Positions 35,253-44,835 of a DNA stretch of 64,000 nucleotides are shown here, piece after piece. Source of the DNA: Myxococcota bacterium (GTDB lineage Bacteria; Myxococcota_A; UBA9160; UBA6930); NCBI GenBank assembly GCA_965223415.1, contig OZ245002.1, forward strand, positions 1,664,001-1,728,000. Reading direction: 5' to 3'. Under the pieces are notes generated by a model. It was not told the origin of the DNA. It did not search any database and worked only from the letters and a program-made list of their open reading frames with translations. How positions within the stretch are numbered: the first letter of the stretch is position 1; the number at the start of each line of letters is the position of its first letter. The position numbers and the translations under genes are program-made.

Positions 35253-37673
35253 ATGTCCGCCTTCTCCGACCTGCTCGACGCCTGCGACGCCGTGGGCGAT
35301 CTCGCGACCGAGCTCGGCGTCGGGCTGCTGCACGCCGAGGACGACGCCTTCGACGGGCGTCACGTCTCCGTGGGCGGACGGCGGCTCCTCCAGTTCGTCT
35401 CCTGCAGCACCCTCGGTCTCGAGCTCGACCCGCGGCTGATCGAGGGCGCGGTCGACGCGGTCCGGCGCTTCGGTACCCAGCTCTCGGTCTCCCGGGCGTT
35501 CCTCTCCGCTCCGCCCTACGCCGGGCTCGAGGAGCGCCTGGCCGAGATCACCGGCGGGCCTGCCATCGTCACGCCGAACACCACCCTGGCCACGGCTTCG
35601 GCGCTTCCTTCGCTGATCGGCGAGGAGGATGCGGTCCTCCTCGACCATCAAGTCCACGCGACCGTTCACCTCGCGATGCCGCTGCTTCAGCGCATGGGCA
35701 TTCCAGTGGAGCTGGTGCGCCACGGCCGCCTCGATCGCCTCGAAGAGCGGGTGCGGGCGCTCTCCGAGCGACACCGCCGTGTGTGGTTCGGGATCGACGG
35801 CGTCTACAGCATGCACGGCGACCTGGCGCCGATCGAAGCCCTCGCCTGGCTGCTTTCCCGGCATGAGTCGCTGCACCTGTTCATCGACGACGCCCACGGT
35901 ATGTCGTGGACGGGAACGAACGGGCGCGGTCACGCCCTCGAGCACCTGCCCGAACGCGAGCGCGTCGTCGTGGCGCTCTCCCTCAACAAGAGCTTCGGTG
36001 CCGGCGGCGGGGCGCTGGTGCTGCCGGACGAGGCGACCCGTCGTCGCGTTCGCCAGACGGCCGGTCCGCTGCTCTTCACGGGCCCGCTCCAGCCGCCGGT
36101 CCTGGGCGCCGCCCTCGCCTCGGCTCGCATCCACCAGTCCGCCGAGATCGCCACGCTCCAGGCCGAGCTGCGCGAGCGGATCCGGCACGCCAACCACCGC
36201 GCCCGCGAGCTCGGTCTCCCGCTGCTTCACGATCGCCAGGAGGCTCCGATCCGCTTCGTCGGCCTGGGACCGCGCCTCGCATCGACGGCGATGGCCAGCC
36301 ACCTGAAGGAGCGCGGCCTGCTCCCGAGCTGCGCACTCTTCCCGGCGGTCCCGGCCCACCAGACGGGTATCCGCTTCACCGTCACCCGCCACCACACGTT
36401 GGAGGACATCGATCGCCTGCTGGAGGAGATGGCCGCGGCCCTGCCCCGCGCCCTGGCAGCGGGAGGGGTGAGCCGAGCGGACGTGGACCGGGCCTTCCAC
36501 CTGGGGGCCGGAACGCCGCCCCCGGCGGAGACCCGGGACCTGCGCTGTGAGCACCACACGGAGATCGACGGTCTGGATACCGAGGAGTGGGACCGGCTGA
36601 TGGGCGACCGCGGCTGCTTCGACGCCGCCTCGCTGCGCTTCCTGCAGGAGACCTTCTCTTCCCACCAGAAGCCCGAGAACCGTTGGCGCTTCCACTACCT
36701 GCGGGTCGCCGACACGGCGAACCGCACACTGGCCGCGACCTTCCTCACCGAAGCGTGGATGAAGGACGACATGTTCGCGGAGCCGCGGGTCTCCCGAGGG
36801 ATCGAGCGGACGCGAGAGCACCAGCCCTTTTTTCTGACCTCCCGCGTGCTGACGATGGGCTCGCCCCTGACTGAGGGCGACGCCCTCTTTCTCGACCGCG
36901 AACGCGGCTGGCGGAGCGCCCTCGAGCTACTCCTCGCTCGGGCGTCCCAGCTGGCGGAAGCGGCCGACGTGGAGCTGGTGGCCCTCCGCGACCTCCCGGC
37001 CGACGACCCGGAGCTCGCGCGCGCGCTGCTCGAGGCGGGCTTCACAAGGCTCGCGGCCCCGGAGAGCCTGGAGGTCACACGCACGTGGAGGACCCGCGAG
37101 GCGTACCTCGCCGGCCTCAGCAAGCGCGCCCGCCGCTTCCAGCGGCGCGAGGTGGAGCCCCACGACGACGAGTTCCGGGTGGCCGTGCTGCGATCCGGAG
37201 ACGAGATCTCCTCGGAGGTGTTCTTCCCGCGCCTCTACGAGCTCTACCAGAACGTCTGGAAACGGAACCTCCAGCTCAACACCTTCGCCCTGCCGCCGGA
37301 CCTGCTCCCGCGCATGCTCGACCACCCGGGCTTCGAGCTGGTGACGCTCACCCACCGGCAGGCGGCGAACCCGGCACTGCCCGACGCCTTCTTCGCCGCG
37401 CGCATCGCCGGCGACGCCTACACCCCGCTGCTGGTGGGGCTCGACTACCGGCTCGTGCGCGAGCACGGCGCCTATCGCCAGTGCCTGGCGTGGATGCTCC
37501 GACGCGCGGAGCAGCTCGACCTCCGGCAGATCCGGCTCGGCATGGGAGCTGCGCTCGAGAAGCGCCGCTTCGGTGCGCAGCCCGTGCAGCGGAGCGTCTG
37601 GGTGCAGGCCCGGGACCACTACCACGCGGACGTCCTAGCGGTGCTCTCGGGAGACGTGCGAACGCGAAGCTGA
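35253..37673 (+). CDS. Fusion of a PLP-dependent alpha-oxoamine synthase (BioF/SPT/CqsA family) and a C-terminal GNAT/FemAB-like domain
   Basis: LDHQVHAT, DGVYSMHGD, FIDDAHG, PLP-lysine motif SLNKSFG; C-terminal YLAGLSKRAR, LVGLDY...Y, LGMGAALEKRRFGA. Confidence 0.85.
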   Translation: MSAFSDLLDACDAVGDLATELGVGLLHAEDDAFDGRHVSVGGRRLLQFVSCSTLGLELDPRLIEGAVDAVRRFGTQLSVSRAFLSAPPYAGLEERLAEITGGPAIVTPNTTLATASALPSLIGEEDAVLLDHQVHATVHLAMPLLQRMGIPVELVRHGRLDRLEERVRALSERHRRVWFGIDGVYSMHGDLAPIEALAWLLSRHESLHLFIDDAHGMSWTGTNGRGHALEHLPERERVVVALSLNKSFGAGGGALVLPDEATRRRVRQTAGPLLFTGPLQPPVLGAALASARIHQSAEIATLQAELRERIRHANHRARELGLPLLHDRQEAPIRFVGLGPRLASTAMASHLKERGLLPSCALFPAVPAHQTGIRFTVTRHHTLEDIDRLLEEMAAALPRALAAGGVSRADVDRAFHLGAGTPPPAETRDLRCEHHTEIDGLDTEEWDRLMGDRGCFDAASLRFLQETFSSHQKPENRWRFHYLRVADTANRTLAATFLTEAWMKDDMFAEPRVSRGIERTREHQPFFLTSRVLTMGSPLTEGDALFLDRERGWRSALELLLARASQLAEAADVELVALRDLPADDPELARALLEAGFTRLAAPESLEVTRTWRTREAYLAGLSKRARRFQRREVEPHDDEFRVAVLRSGDEISSEVFFPRLYELYQNVWKRNLQLNTFALPPDLLPRMLDHPGFELVTLTHRQAANPALPDAFFAARIAGDAYTPLLVGLDYRLVREHGAYRQCLAWMLRRAEQLDLRQIRLGMGAALEKRRFGAQPVQRSVWVQARDHYHADVLAVLSGDVRTRS

Positions 37674-37690
37674 GACGATCGCGCCAGTCC

Positions 37691-38458
37691 CTACAGCGGA
37701 CACCCCGCTTCGTTGAGCTCCGCGAAGGCGTCCTTCTGGGGCTCCACGTCCCCGCTGTCGTAGGCAGCCTGGAAGGCTGAGATGACGTCGCTCGTCGTGA
37801 GCGGGTAGGAAACACCCGGGTGAGAAGCGCTCAGGAGCGCCGCGACCGTGTGGCGCAACAAGGCGTCGAGGCCGCCGCCCCGAGCCCGGAGAGCCTCCCA
37901 TAGGCTCAGGCCGCCGACGTCGCGGCCGAACACCGCCGCGAAGTCGTCGCCGGGCGCGAAACCGATCCATGCACCGAAGTGGTGACGCTGCTTCCAGTAG
38001 CCGGGCGTACAGCCCTGGCCGCCGGCGGGCGGCTCTTCGACGGTGACCGTCGCGGTCGCCGTGTCCGAGCAGAGCAGCAGCCCGTTGATGGCCGAGCCGT
38101 CGGCCGTGGCGACGTTCGTGGTCGTGACGCCAATGGTCGCATTGGCCGTGAGGACCACGGACGGAGCGCCCACCGGGATGGGGCCGGTGTTGCCGATGGG
38201 TCCGAGGTGGTCGTCGCCGACGGTGACGTCATCGAGATCGAAGAACGGGTTCACGTTCGAGACGACGTACGTGTAGGTGACGTCGGTCCCGGCCGGAACG
38301 ACGCAGCTCACGGCCGCCGGAACGCCCGCCGCGGAGCAGGTCTTGCTGATCGACACCTCGCAGAAGTCCTGGGCTCCCTGGGCCCAGAGCGGTGCGGCGA
38401 GAAGAGAAGCGACGAGGGCAACAGCGATCGTGAGTGAGGTGCGGAACGGGGTACGCAT
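37691..38458 (-). CDS. Secreted hypothetical protein (Ig-like domain plus GCTPGYWK domain)
   Basis: Signal peptide; VTYTYVVSN...VTVGDD beta-rich domain; GCTPGYWK, LLRHTVAALL, NEAGCPL. Confidence 0.75.
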   Translation of the reverse strand: MRTPFRTSLTIAVALVASLLAAPLWAQGAQDFCEVSISKTCSAAGVPAAVSCVVPAGTDVTYTYVVSNVNPFFDLDDVTVGDDHLGPIGNTGPIPVGAPSVVLTANATIGVTTTNVATADGSAINGLLLCSDTATATVTVEEPPAGGQGCTPGYWKQRHHFGAWIGFAPGDDFAAVFGRDVGGLSLWEALRARGGGLDALLRHTVAALLSASHPGVSYPLTTSDVISAFQAAYDSGDVEPQKDAFAELNEAGCPL

Positions 38459-38592
38459 GGGGGCTCCTTCGGAGATCAATCGGGGTTTCGAGACGATACG
38501 GCAGCTTCGAGATCCGCTCGATTCCTCATTTGGGGGGGGCAGGGGCCGCGGCCGTTGCACATCCCCGCGGGAATTGCTTCCCTTCCCCGGCC

Positions 38593-39873
38593 ATGCTGGA
38601 CCCCCGAAGCCTCGCCGAGCGGCGCGACGAGATCGAGGAGAGCTGCCGGAAGCGCGGCGTCGCCGGAGACGTGGCGGGCGCGGCGGCCCTCTACGAGCAG
38701 GTCGCGGCGCGACAGACCGAGCTGAACGAAGCCAACCGCCGCCGAAACGAGCACCAGAAGGCCGGCAAGAAGAAGCTCGACGACGAGGCGCGCGCCGCCC
38801 ACACCGCCGAGGGCCGAGCCCTCAAGGAGGCGGTGGCCCGCATCGAGACGGAGCTGTCCTCGGGCCGCGCCCGCCTCGAGGAGCTGCTCGGCGCGCTTCC
38901 GAACTTCGTCCACCCGGACGTCCCGGAAGGCGGCGAGGAGGACTTCCGCGAGCTGCGCCGCGTGGGCGAGCCAGCCGCCTTCGACTTCGAGGCCCGCGAC
39001 CACCTGGAGATCGGCGCGCACCTCGACCTGCTCGATTTCGAGGGCGGCGCCCGGGTGGCGGGCAACAAGTTCTACTACCTGAAGAACGGCGCCGTGCTGC
39101 TCGAGCTGGCGCTGCAGCGCTACGCGCTGGACGTGCTGCTCGAGGACGGCTTCGTCCCCTACGTCACGCCGGATCTCGCGCGTCCGGAGATCGTGGCCGG
39201 CATCGGCTACAACCCGCGCGGCGAGGAGACCCAGATCTACTCCCTGGCCAACGCGGACCTGTGTCTCGTCGGGACCGCGGAGATCACACTCGGCGGTCTC
39301 TACGCCGACACCATCCTCGAGGAGGAGGAGCTGCCGCTCAAGCTCGCGGGCATCTCCCACTGTTTCCGCACCGAGGCCGGCGCCGCGGGGCGCGAGAGCA
39401 AGGGGCTCTACCGGGTGCACCAGTTCACCAAGGTCGAGATGTTCGCCATCACGCGCCCCGAGGACTCGGAGGCGATGCACGACCACCTGCTGGCCCTGGA
39501 GGAGAAGATCTTCGGTGGGCTCGAGCTGCCCTACCGGGTGATCGACATCGCATCCGGCGATCTCGGTGCCCCGGCCTATCGCAAGTTCGACATCGAGGCG
39601 TGGATGCCCGGACGGGGGGACGACGGCTCCTACGGCGAGGTATCGAGCACCTCGAACTGCACCGACTACCAGGCGCGGCGGCTCAAGACCCGCTTCCGAC
39701 GCAAGGGCACGAAGAAGAACGAGCTCGTGCACATGCTGAACGGCACCGCCGTCGCCAACTCGCGGGCGATCCTGGCGCTGCTCGAGAACCACCAGCGCGC
39801 CGACGGGACCCTCTCCGTGCCGAAGGCCCTCCAGCCCTACGTCGGCCGGGAGACGATCGGCTCCGGCGCGTGA
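38593..39873 (+). CDS. serS: Serine--tRNA ligase
   Basis: LVGTAE, FRTEAG, GLYRVHQFTKVE, YGEVSSTSNCTDYQARRL, HMLNGT. Confidence 0.96.
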   Translation: MLDPRSLAERRDEIEESCRKRGVAGDVAGAAALYEQVAARQTELNEANRRRNEHQKAGKKKLDDEARAAHTAEGRALKEAVARIETELSSGRARLEELLGALPNFVHPDVPEGGEEDFRELRRVGEPAAFDFEARDHLEIGAHLDLLDFEGGARVAGNKFYYLKNGAVLLELALQRYALDVLLEDGFVPYVTPDLARPEIVAGIGYNPRGEETQIYSLANADLCLVGTAEITLGGLYADTILEEEELPLKLAGISHCFRTEAGAAGRESKGLYRVHQFTKVEMFAITRPEDSEAMHDHLLALEEKIFGGLELPYRVIDIASGDLGAPAYRKFDIEAWMPGRGDDGSYGEVSSTSNCTDYQARRLKTRFRRKGTKKNELVHMLNGTAVANSRAILALLENHQRADGTLSVPKALQPYVGRETIGSGA

Positions 39874-41825
39874 CCCGGGAGAGCGGGAAGGAGGCGGAGC
39901 GCCCTCCGCTCATCCTCGGAACCGCCGGGCACATCGACCACGGCAAGACCTCGCTGATCCAGGCCCTGACCGGTGTCGACACCGATCGGCTGCCGGAGGA
40001 GAAGGCGCGGGGCATCACCATCGAGCTGGGCTTCGCGCCCCTCGATCTCGACGCGGGGCTGCGCCTCGGCGTGGTGGACGTCCCGGGCCACGAGGGGCTC
40101 GTGCGCACCATGGTGGCGGGCGCGGCGGGCATCGACCTGGTGCTGATGGTGGTCGCTGCCGACGAAGGCGTGATGCCCCAGACCCGCGAGCACCTGGCGA
40201 TCTGCGACCTGCTGGGGCTCCGGCTCGGGGTGGTGGCGCTCACCAAGACCGATCTCGTCGACGAGGAGACCGTGGGCCTCGCCCGGGAGGAGGTGACGGA
40301 CCTGGTGGGCGAGACCTGCCTGGCCGGCGCCTCCGTGGTGCCAGTCTCCGCGCGCTCCGGCGAGGGCGTGCCCGAGCTGCGCGACGCGCTCCGCACCGCG
40401 GCCCGCGCCGCCGTAGCCCGCACGCCCCGCACCGGCCCGCCCCGCCTGTGGGTGGACCGACGTTTCGAGATGCGCGGCTTCGGCAGCGTCGTGACCGGCA
40501 CCCTCGTCGGTGCGCCGCTGGCGGTGGGCGACCCGGTGGAGCTGCATCCGACGGGGGCCGTCGGCCGCATCCGCGGCCTCCAGAGCTTCGGCGAGAAGGC
40601 GGAGCGCGTTCGGCCCGGCGCCCGGTGCGCGGTGAACGTGCAGGCCGTCCCCCTCGCCGAGCTCTCGCGGGGGCTGCTCCTCACCCGCCCCGGCGCCCTC
40701 GCACCGACGAGCTGCTTCGACGCGGAGCTGCACTGGCTCCCGGGAGCGCCGCCGCTCGGGGGCGACCCGACCTCGGTGGAGCTGCTGAGCGGCACCGCCG
40801 AGCGCCGCGCCCGCGTCGCGCCGATCGGCGCCGCCGTGATCGAGGCGGGAACGAAGTCCTTCGTCCGGGTCCACGTGGACGGCGAGCCGCTGGCGCTCCT
40901 GCCCGGCGACCGCTTCGTGCTGCGCGGCTTCCACCGCGCCGAGCAGGCGGGCGCGACCCTCGGTGGAGGAGGCGTGCTCGACGTCGCGCCGCCCCAGCGC
41001 CGACGCAGCGATCCCGCGCTGCGGGAGGAGCTCGAGCGGTTGGCCCGGGGCGACCGCGTGACCTCCCTGCTCGCGCGGGTCGAGCGCGCCGGCTTCGCCG
41101 GCGCCGAGACCGAGCGTCTCGCCCGCGAGACCGGCCTCGGCCCGGACGAGGTGCGCGAAGCCCTCGCCGGCCACGAGGACGCCGTGCTGCCTCTGGGGCC
41201 CGAGCGATGGCTGGCCGCCGCCGCCGAGCAGGAGCTCGCCCGCCGCTTGCGCGTCGCCCTCAGCGCCTTCCACGATCGCCGGCCCCTGGAACCGGGCATG
41301 CCCCGTGCGACGCTCGGCGGCGCGCTCCCGCCGAACGTGCCCGGCGCCGCCTTCGAGCGACTCCTGGAGCGACTCGCGTCCGACGGCCGCATCGAGCTGG
41401 AGGAGAAACTCGTGCGCGCCGGCGATTTCGTGCCGCGCCTGAGCCAGCGGCAAGAGGCCCTCGCCGCCCGCCTCCGCGCCGACGCCATGATCGCAGGCCT
41501 CGAGCCGCCGACCCTGGCCGAGTGGAGCACCGAGCTCGGCGCCAGCGAGGACGAGCTGCGCCCGGTCCTCGCCCACCTGGAGCGCGACGGCTCCCTCACC
41601 CGCGCCCCCGGCGAGCTGTGGTTCGACCGGGTGGCCGTGGACGAGCTGCGCGCGCAGGTCACGGCCCATCTCGAGGCCCACGGCCAGCTTCCGACCCCGG
41701 CCTACAAAGAGATGATCGGGACCACCCGCAAGTACGCCGTCCCCCTGATGGAGCTCTTCGACGCCGAGCACCTGACAGTGCGCCGGGGGGAGGCACGGGT
41801 GCTGCGCCGGAGGCCGTCCAGCTAG
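39870..41825 (+). CDS. selB: Selenocysteine-specific translation elongation factor
   Basis: GTAGHIDHGKT, EEKARGITIELGF, DVPGHE, GVMPQTREH, C-terminal winged-helix TRKYAVPLMELFD; GTGA overlap with serS. Confidence 0.96.
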   Translation: MTRESGKEAERPPLILGTAGHIDHGKTSLIQALTGVDTDRLPEEKARGITIELGFAPLDLDAGLRLGVVDVPGHEGLVRTMVAGAAGIDLVLMVVAADEGVMPQTREHLAICDLLGLRLGVVALTKTDLVDEETVGLAREEVTDLVGETCLAGASVVPVSARSGEGVPELRDALRTAARAAVARTPRTGPPRLWVDRRFEMRGFGSVVTGTLVGAPLAVGDPVELHPTGAVGRIRGLQSFGEKAERVRPGARCAVNVQAVPLAELSRGLLLTRPGALAPTSCFDAELHWLPGAPPLGGDPTSVELLSGTAERRARVAPIGAAVIEAGTKSFVRVHVDGEPLALLPGDRFVLRGFHRAEQAGATLGGGGVLDVAPPQRRRSDPALREELERLARGDRVTSLLARVERAGFAGAETERLARETGLGPDEVREALAGHEDAVLPLGPERWLAAAAEQELARRLRVALSAFHDRRPLEPGMPRATLGGALPPNVPGAAFERLLERLASDGRIELEEKLVRAGDFVPRLSQRQEALAARLRADAMIAGLEPPTLAEWSTELGASEDELRPVLAHLERDGSLTRAPGELWFDRVAVDELRAQVTAHLEAHGQLPTPAYKEMIGTTRKYAVPLMELFDAEHLTVRRGEARVLRRRPSS

Positions 41826-41861
41826 GCCCCCGACCCCACATGATTGTGGTATTCTCACCCC

Positions 41862-42305
41862 ATGCACACGTCAGCTCTTGCCGGGAGCCTGCTGGCCATC
41901 CTCCTGGCGAGCCCGAGCACCGCCCGCGCCGAGGGCGGCGACCCGGTCCTCGTCTGCGAGAGCACCACCTGTGAGATCGTCAGCGCGGCCAGCGTCCCGA
42001 AGGGCGGCTACAGCAACACGGGAGTGCGAACCCGCGCCCCCCGCGTCGACCGCCAGGTCTACGACCCGCCCCTGGCACCCTGGGGCGACCGCTCGAGCCC
42101 GGACTGGACCGCCTACCCGAACACCGGCTACCGCCGCCACCGCCGCGGCGTCCACGTGCACGTCCACCACCACCACCACGGCTGCGGCCACAGCTACGTC
42201 CACATCCCCGCCTACCGCCACCGCCTCCACCACGGCCGAAAGCACCACCGCGGCTACGGCGGCCACTTCCGCGCCCACCGCCGCCACCACCGCGATCGGT
42301 TCTAG
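41862..42305 (+). CDS. Secreted hypothetical protein with His/Arg-rich C-terminus
   Basis: Signal peptide ending STARA; HVHVHHHHHGCGH...HHGRKHH...HRRHHR. Confidence 0.6.
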   Translation: MHTSALAGSLLAILLASPSTARAEGGDPVLVCESTTCEIVSAASVPKGGYSNTGVRTRAPRVDRQVYDPPLAPWGDRSSPDWTAYPNTGYRRHRRGVHVHVHHHHHGCGHSYVHIPAYRHRLHHGRKHHRGYGGHFRAHRRHHRDRF

Positions 42306-42378
42306 GTGAGACAAAGGGACGTTCTTTTCTGTCTCACGGCGTCGCCGTGAGACAGAAAAGAACGTCCCCTTGTCTCAC
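42306..42378. repeat. 73-bp nested palindrome (REP/REPIN-like doublet) between convergent genes
   Basis: 36-bp arms around a 1-nt centre with one mismatch; each arm carries a GTGAGACA...TGTCTCAC-bounded 32-bp unit. Confidence 0.9.
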
Positions 42379-42557
42379 GATCTCGCTTCGAGCTCCTGCC
42401 GGAGCTTGCAGTGGCGCGCCGCCAGCGGGCTGCACTGGCAGGCCTTCCCGGTGCCGCCGCAGCTCCCCTGGAGGCGCTTGCCCTGGACGAGCACACCCAG
42501 CGACATCGCGAGGATGACGATGCCGAAGACGACGAGGGTGGCGAGGAAGGTGGCCAT
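42375..42557 (-). CDS. nqrM: Na+-NQR maturation protein
   Basis: TM helix followed by LQGSCGG..CQC..C; downstream of apbE. Confidence 0.82.
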   Translation of the reverse strand: MATFLATLVVFGIVILAMSLGVLVQGKRLQGSCGGTGKACQCSPLAARHCKLRQELEARS

Positions 42558-42566
42558 GGGGGGAGT

Positions 42567-43589
42567 CTACCGGATGGACGGGAAGCCGCGGGTGGCCCGG
42601 ATCTCGTAACGCCCGTCTCTACTCCGCACGACGAAGTACGCCGCGATCCCGTTCGCCTCCGCCGCCCGCGGCCCCTCCTCCGGCCCGAGCACCAGCAGCG
42701 CCGTCGCCCACGCGTCAGCCATCGCGCAGTCCCCCGCGACGACGCTCACCGAGGCAAGGCTGTGGGCCACGGGGCGGCCGACTCGCGGGTCCACGATGTG
42801 CGTGAGCCGCTCGCCTTCCTGCTCGTAGAAGGCGCGGTAGTCGCCGGAGGTGGCCATGGCCTGGTCGCGAAGCGGCACCACCGCGTGGACGGCGCGTCCG
42901 TCGGGCTCCGGGCGCTCGATGGCGAGGCGCCAGGGGCCGCCGGCCGGGCGCTCGCCGCGGGCGCGTACCTCGCCGCCGACCTCCACCAGGTAGTGCTCGT
43001 GGCCCCGGGCTTCGAGAGCCCGCGCCGCCTGGTCCACGCCGAAGCCCTTCGCCACAGCGGAGAGGTCGACCTCGAGGCCGGGATGCTGCTTGCTCGCGGT
43101 GCCGTCCGCCGGATCCAGCGCGAGCTTCGCGAAGCCGACCCGTTCGCGAAGCGACACCAGCTCCGCGTGGTCCGGCCCGGCACCGGGAACGCGCGCGCCC
43201 GCTCCGAAGCCCCACGCACCTACGAGCGGCCGTACGGTCACGTCGAAGGCGCCGCCGGTCGCCTCGCTCACGTCGCGCGCCAGGGCCATCACACCGAGGG
43301 TCTCGGCCGAGAGAGAGAAGGGCTCGCGGCTCGCGTGACCGTTGAAGTGCGACAGCTCGGAGGCCGGATCCCAGGTGGACATGGCGCCGTCCACCGCGTC
43401 GAGGGCGGCCTGCACGTCGGCCCGGGCGCCTGGGTCGGAACGCGCGAGGGTGACGGACCAGGTCGTCCCCATCGTCTCGCCGGCGAGCAGTGTGCGCGCC
43501 GGCGCCTGACACCACAGGGTGCGCAGGGTCAGCGCCGCGAGGACGAGCAGGAAGATCGGCAGCAGGAGCCGCGCGCGCGGCGTCAGCAC
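42567..43589 (-). CDS. apbE: FAD:protein FMN transferase
   Basis: TMGT, FDVTV.PLV.AWGF, DLSAVAKG, ATSGDY, HIVDPR, ADAWAT. Confidence 0.95.
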   Translation of the reverse strand: MLTPRARLLLPIFLLVLAALTLRTLWCQAPARTLLAGETMGTTWSVTLARSDPGARADVQAALDAVDGAMSTWDPASELSHFNGHASREPFSLSAETLGVMALARDVSEATGGAFDVTVRPLVGAWGFGAGARVPGAGPDHAELVSLRERVGFAKLALDPADGTASKQHPGLEVDLSAVAKGFGVDQAARALEARGHEHYLVEVGGEVRARGERPAGGPWRLAIERPEPDGRAVHAVVPLRDQAMATSGDYRAFYEQEGERLTHIVDPRVGRPVAHSLASVSVVAGDCAMADAWATALLVLGPEEGPRAAEANGIAAYFVVRSRDGRYEIRATRGFPSIR

Positions 43590-43608
43590 CTCGGGGCGGG
43601 GCGTCTGC

Positions 43609-44835
43609 CTAGCCTCCGAAATCGTCGAACATGACGTTCTCGGGCTCCACGCCGAGATCGTCCAGCATCTTCTTGCAGGCCTCGATCATCATCGGCGGGC
43701 CGCACAGGTAGTACTCGACCTCTTCCGGCTCCGGATGGTCCTTCAGGTAGTTGTCGTAGAGCACCTGGTGGATGAAGCCCGTGAGGCCGGTCCAGTTGTC
43801 CTCGGGCTGGGGCTCGGAGAGGGCCAGATGCCATTCGAAGTTCTCGTTCTCCGAGGCGATGGCGTCGAAGTCCTCGACGTAGAAGGCCTCGCGCAGGGAG
43901 CGGGCCCCGTACCAGAAGGTGACCTTGCGCGTCGCCGACAGGCGGCGGAACTGGTCGAAGATGTGGGAGCGCATCGGCGCCATGCCGGCGCCGCCGCCGA
44001 TGAAGCACATCTCGGCGCCGGTCTCCCGGGCGAAGAACTCGCCGTAAGGGCCGGAGATCACCACCTCGTCGCCGGGCTTCAGGTTGAAGATGTAGGAGGA
44101 CATCTGGCCGGGCGGCACGTCGGGCGCGTTCGGCGGCGGCGAGGCGATGCGGACGTTCAGCATGATGATGCCCTGCTCGCCCGGGTAGTTCGCCATCGAG
44201 TAGGCGCGCGACACCTCCTCGTCCACCTTCGACTCGTAGCGCCACAGGTTGAACTTGTCCCAGTCGTCCCGGTACTCCTCTTCCACGTCGAAGTCGCCGT
44301 ACTCGGCCACGTGGGGCGGGCACTCGATCTGGATGTAGCCCCCGGCGCGGAACGGAACCTCTTCGCCCTCCGGCAGCTCGAGGATCAGCTCCTTGATGAA
44401 GGTGGCGACGTTGTGGTTCGAACGGACCTGGCAGGTCCACTTGCGAACGTCGAAGACCTCCGCGGGCAGCTCGATCTCCATGTCCTCCTTCACCTTCACC
44501 TGGCAGGCCAGGCGCTCGCCGGCGCGGGCCTCCTTGGGGGTGATGTGGGAGGTCTCGGTGGGCAGGAGCGCCCCGCCGCCGCTCTCGACGTGGCAGCGGC
44601 AGACACCGCAGGTGCCCTTCCCGCCGCAGGCCGAGGGGATGAAGATGCCGGCGCTCGCGAGGGTGGAGAGGAGCGTCCCGCCGCCGTCCACTTCGAGGCT
44701 CTTCGACTCGTCGTGGTTGATGCCGATCTTCATCTTGCCGCCCGGGGTGAGCCGGCTCTTCACGATCAGCAGCACCACGGTCAGCAGGACGATGATGATC
44801 GTGAAGCCGGCCATGCCGAAGACGACGGTGTTCAC
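43609..44835 (-). CDS. nqrF: Na+-translocating NADH:quinone oxidoreductase subunit F
   Basis: [43 protein letters not shown]. Confidence 0.97.
   Translation of the reverse strand: MNTVVFGMAGFTIIIVLLTVVLLIVKSRLTPGGKMKIGINHDESKSLEVDGGGTLLSTLASAGIFIPSACGGKGTCGVCRCHVESGGGALLPTETSHITPKEARAGERLACQVKVKEDMEIELPAEVFDVRKWTCQVRSNHNVATFIKELILELPEGEEVPFRAGGYIQIECPPHVAEYGDFDVEEEYRDDWDKFNLWRYESKVDEEVSRAYSMANYPGEQGIIMLNVRIASPPPNAPDVPPGQMSSYIFNLKPGDEVVISGPYGEFFARETGAEMCFIGGGAGMAPMRSHIFDQFRRLSATRKVTFWYGARSLREAFYVEDFDAIASENENFEWHLALSEPQPEDNWTGLTGFIHQVLYDNYLKDHPEPEEVEYYLCGPPMMIEACKKMLDDLGVEPENVMFDDFGG

Noticed and set aside
35253..37673. Calling this gene bioF
   Set aside because: It has an extra C-terminal GNAT-like half and there are no bioA/B/C/D genes nearby.
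38277..41825. 1182-aa ORF as a SerRS-SelB fusion
   Set aside because: serS and selB are in different frames with a GTGA overlap, and the extension is an Arg/Pro-rich shadow translation.
38459..42378. tRNA-Sec (selC) or other tRNA near serS-selB
   Set aside because: No cloverleaf or T-loop consensus was seen in the intergenic stretches; tRNAscan-SE or Secmarker would settle it.
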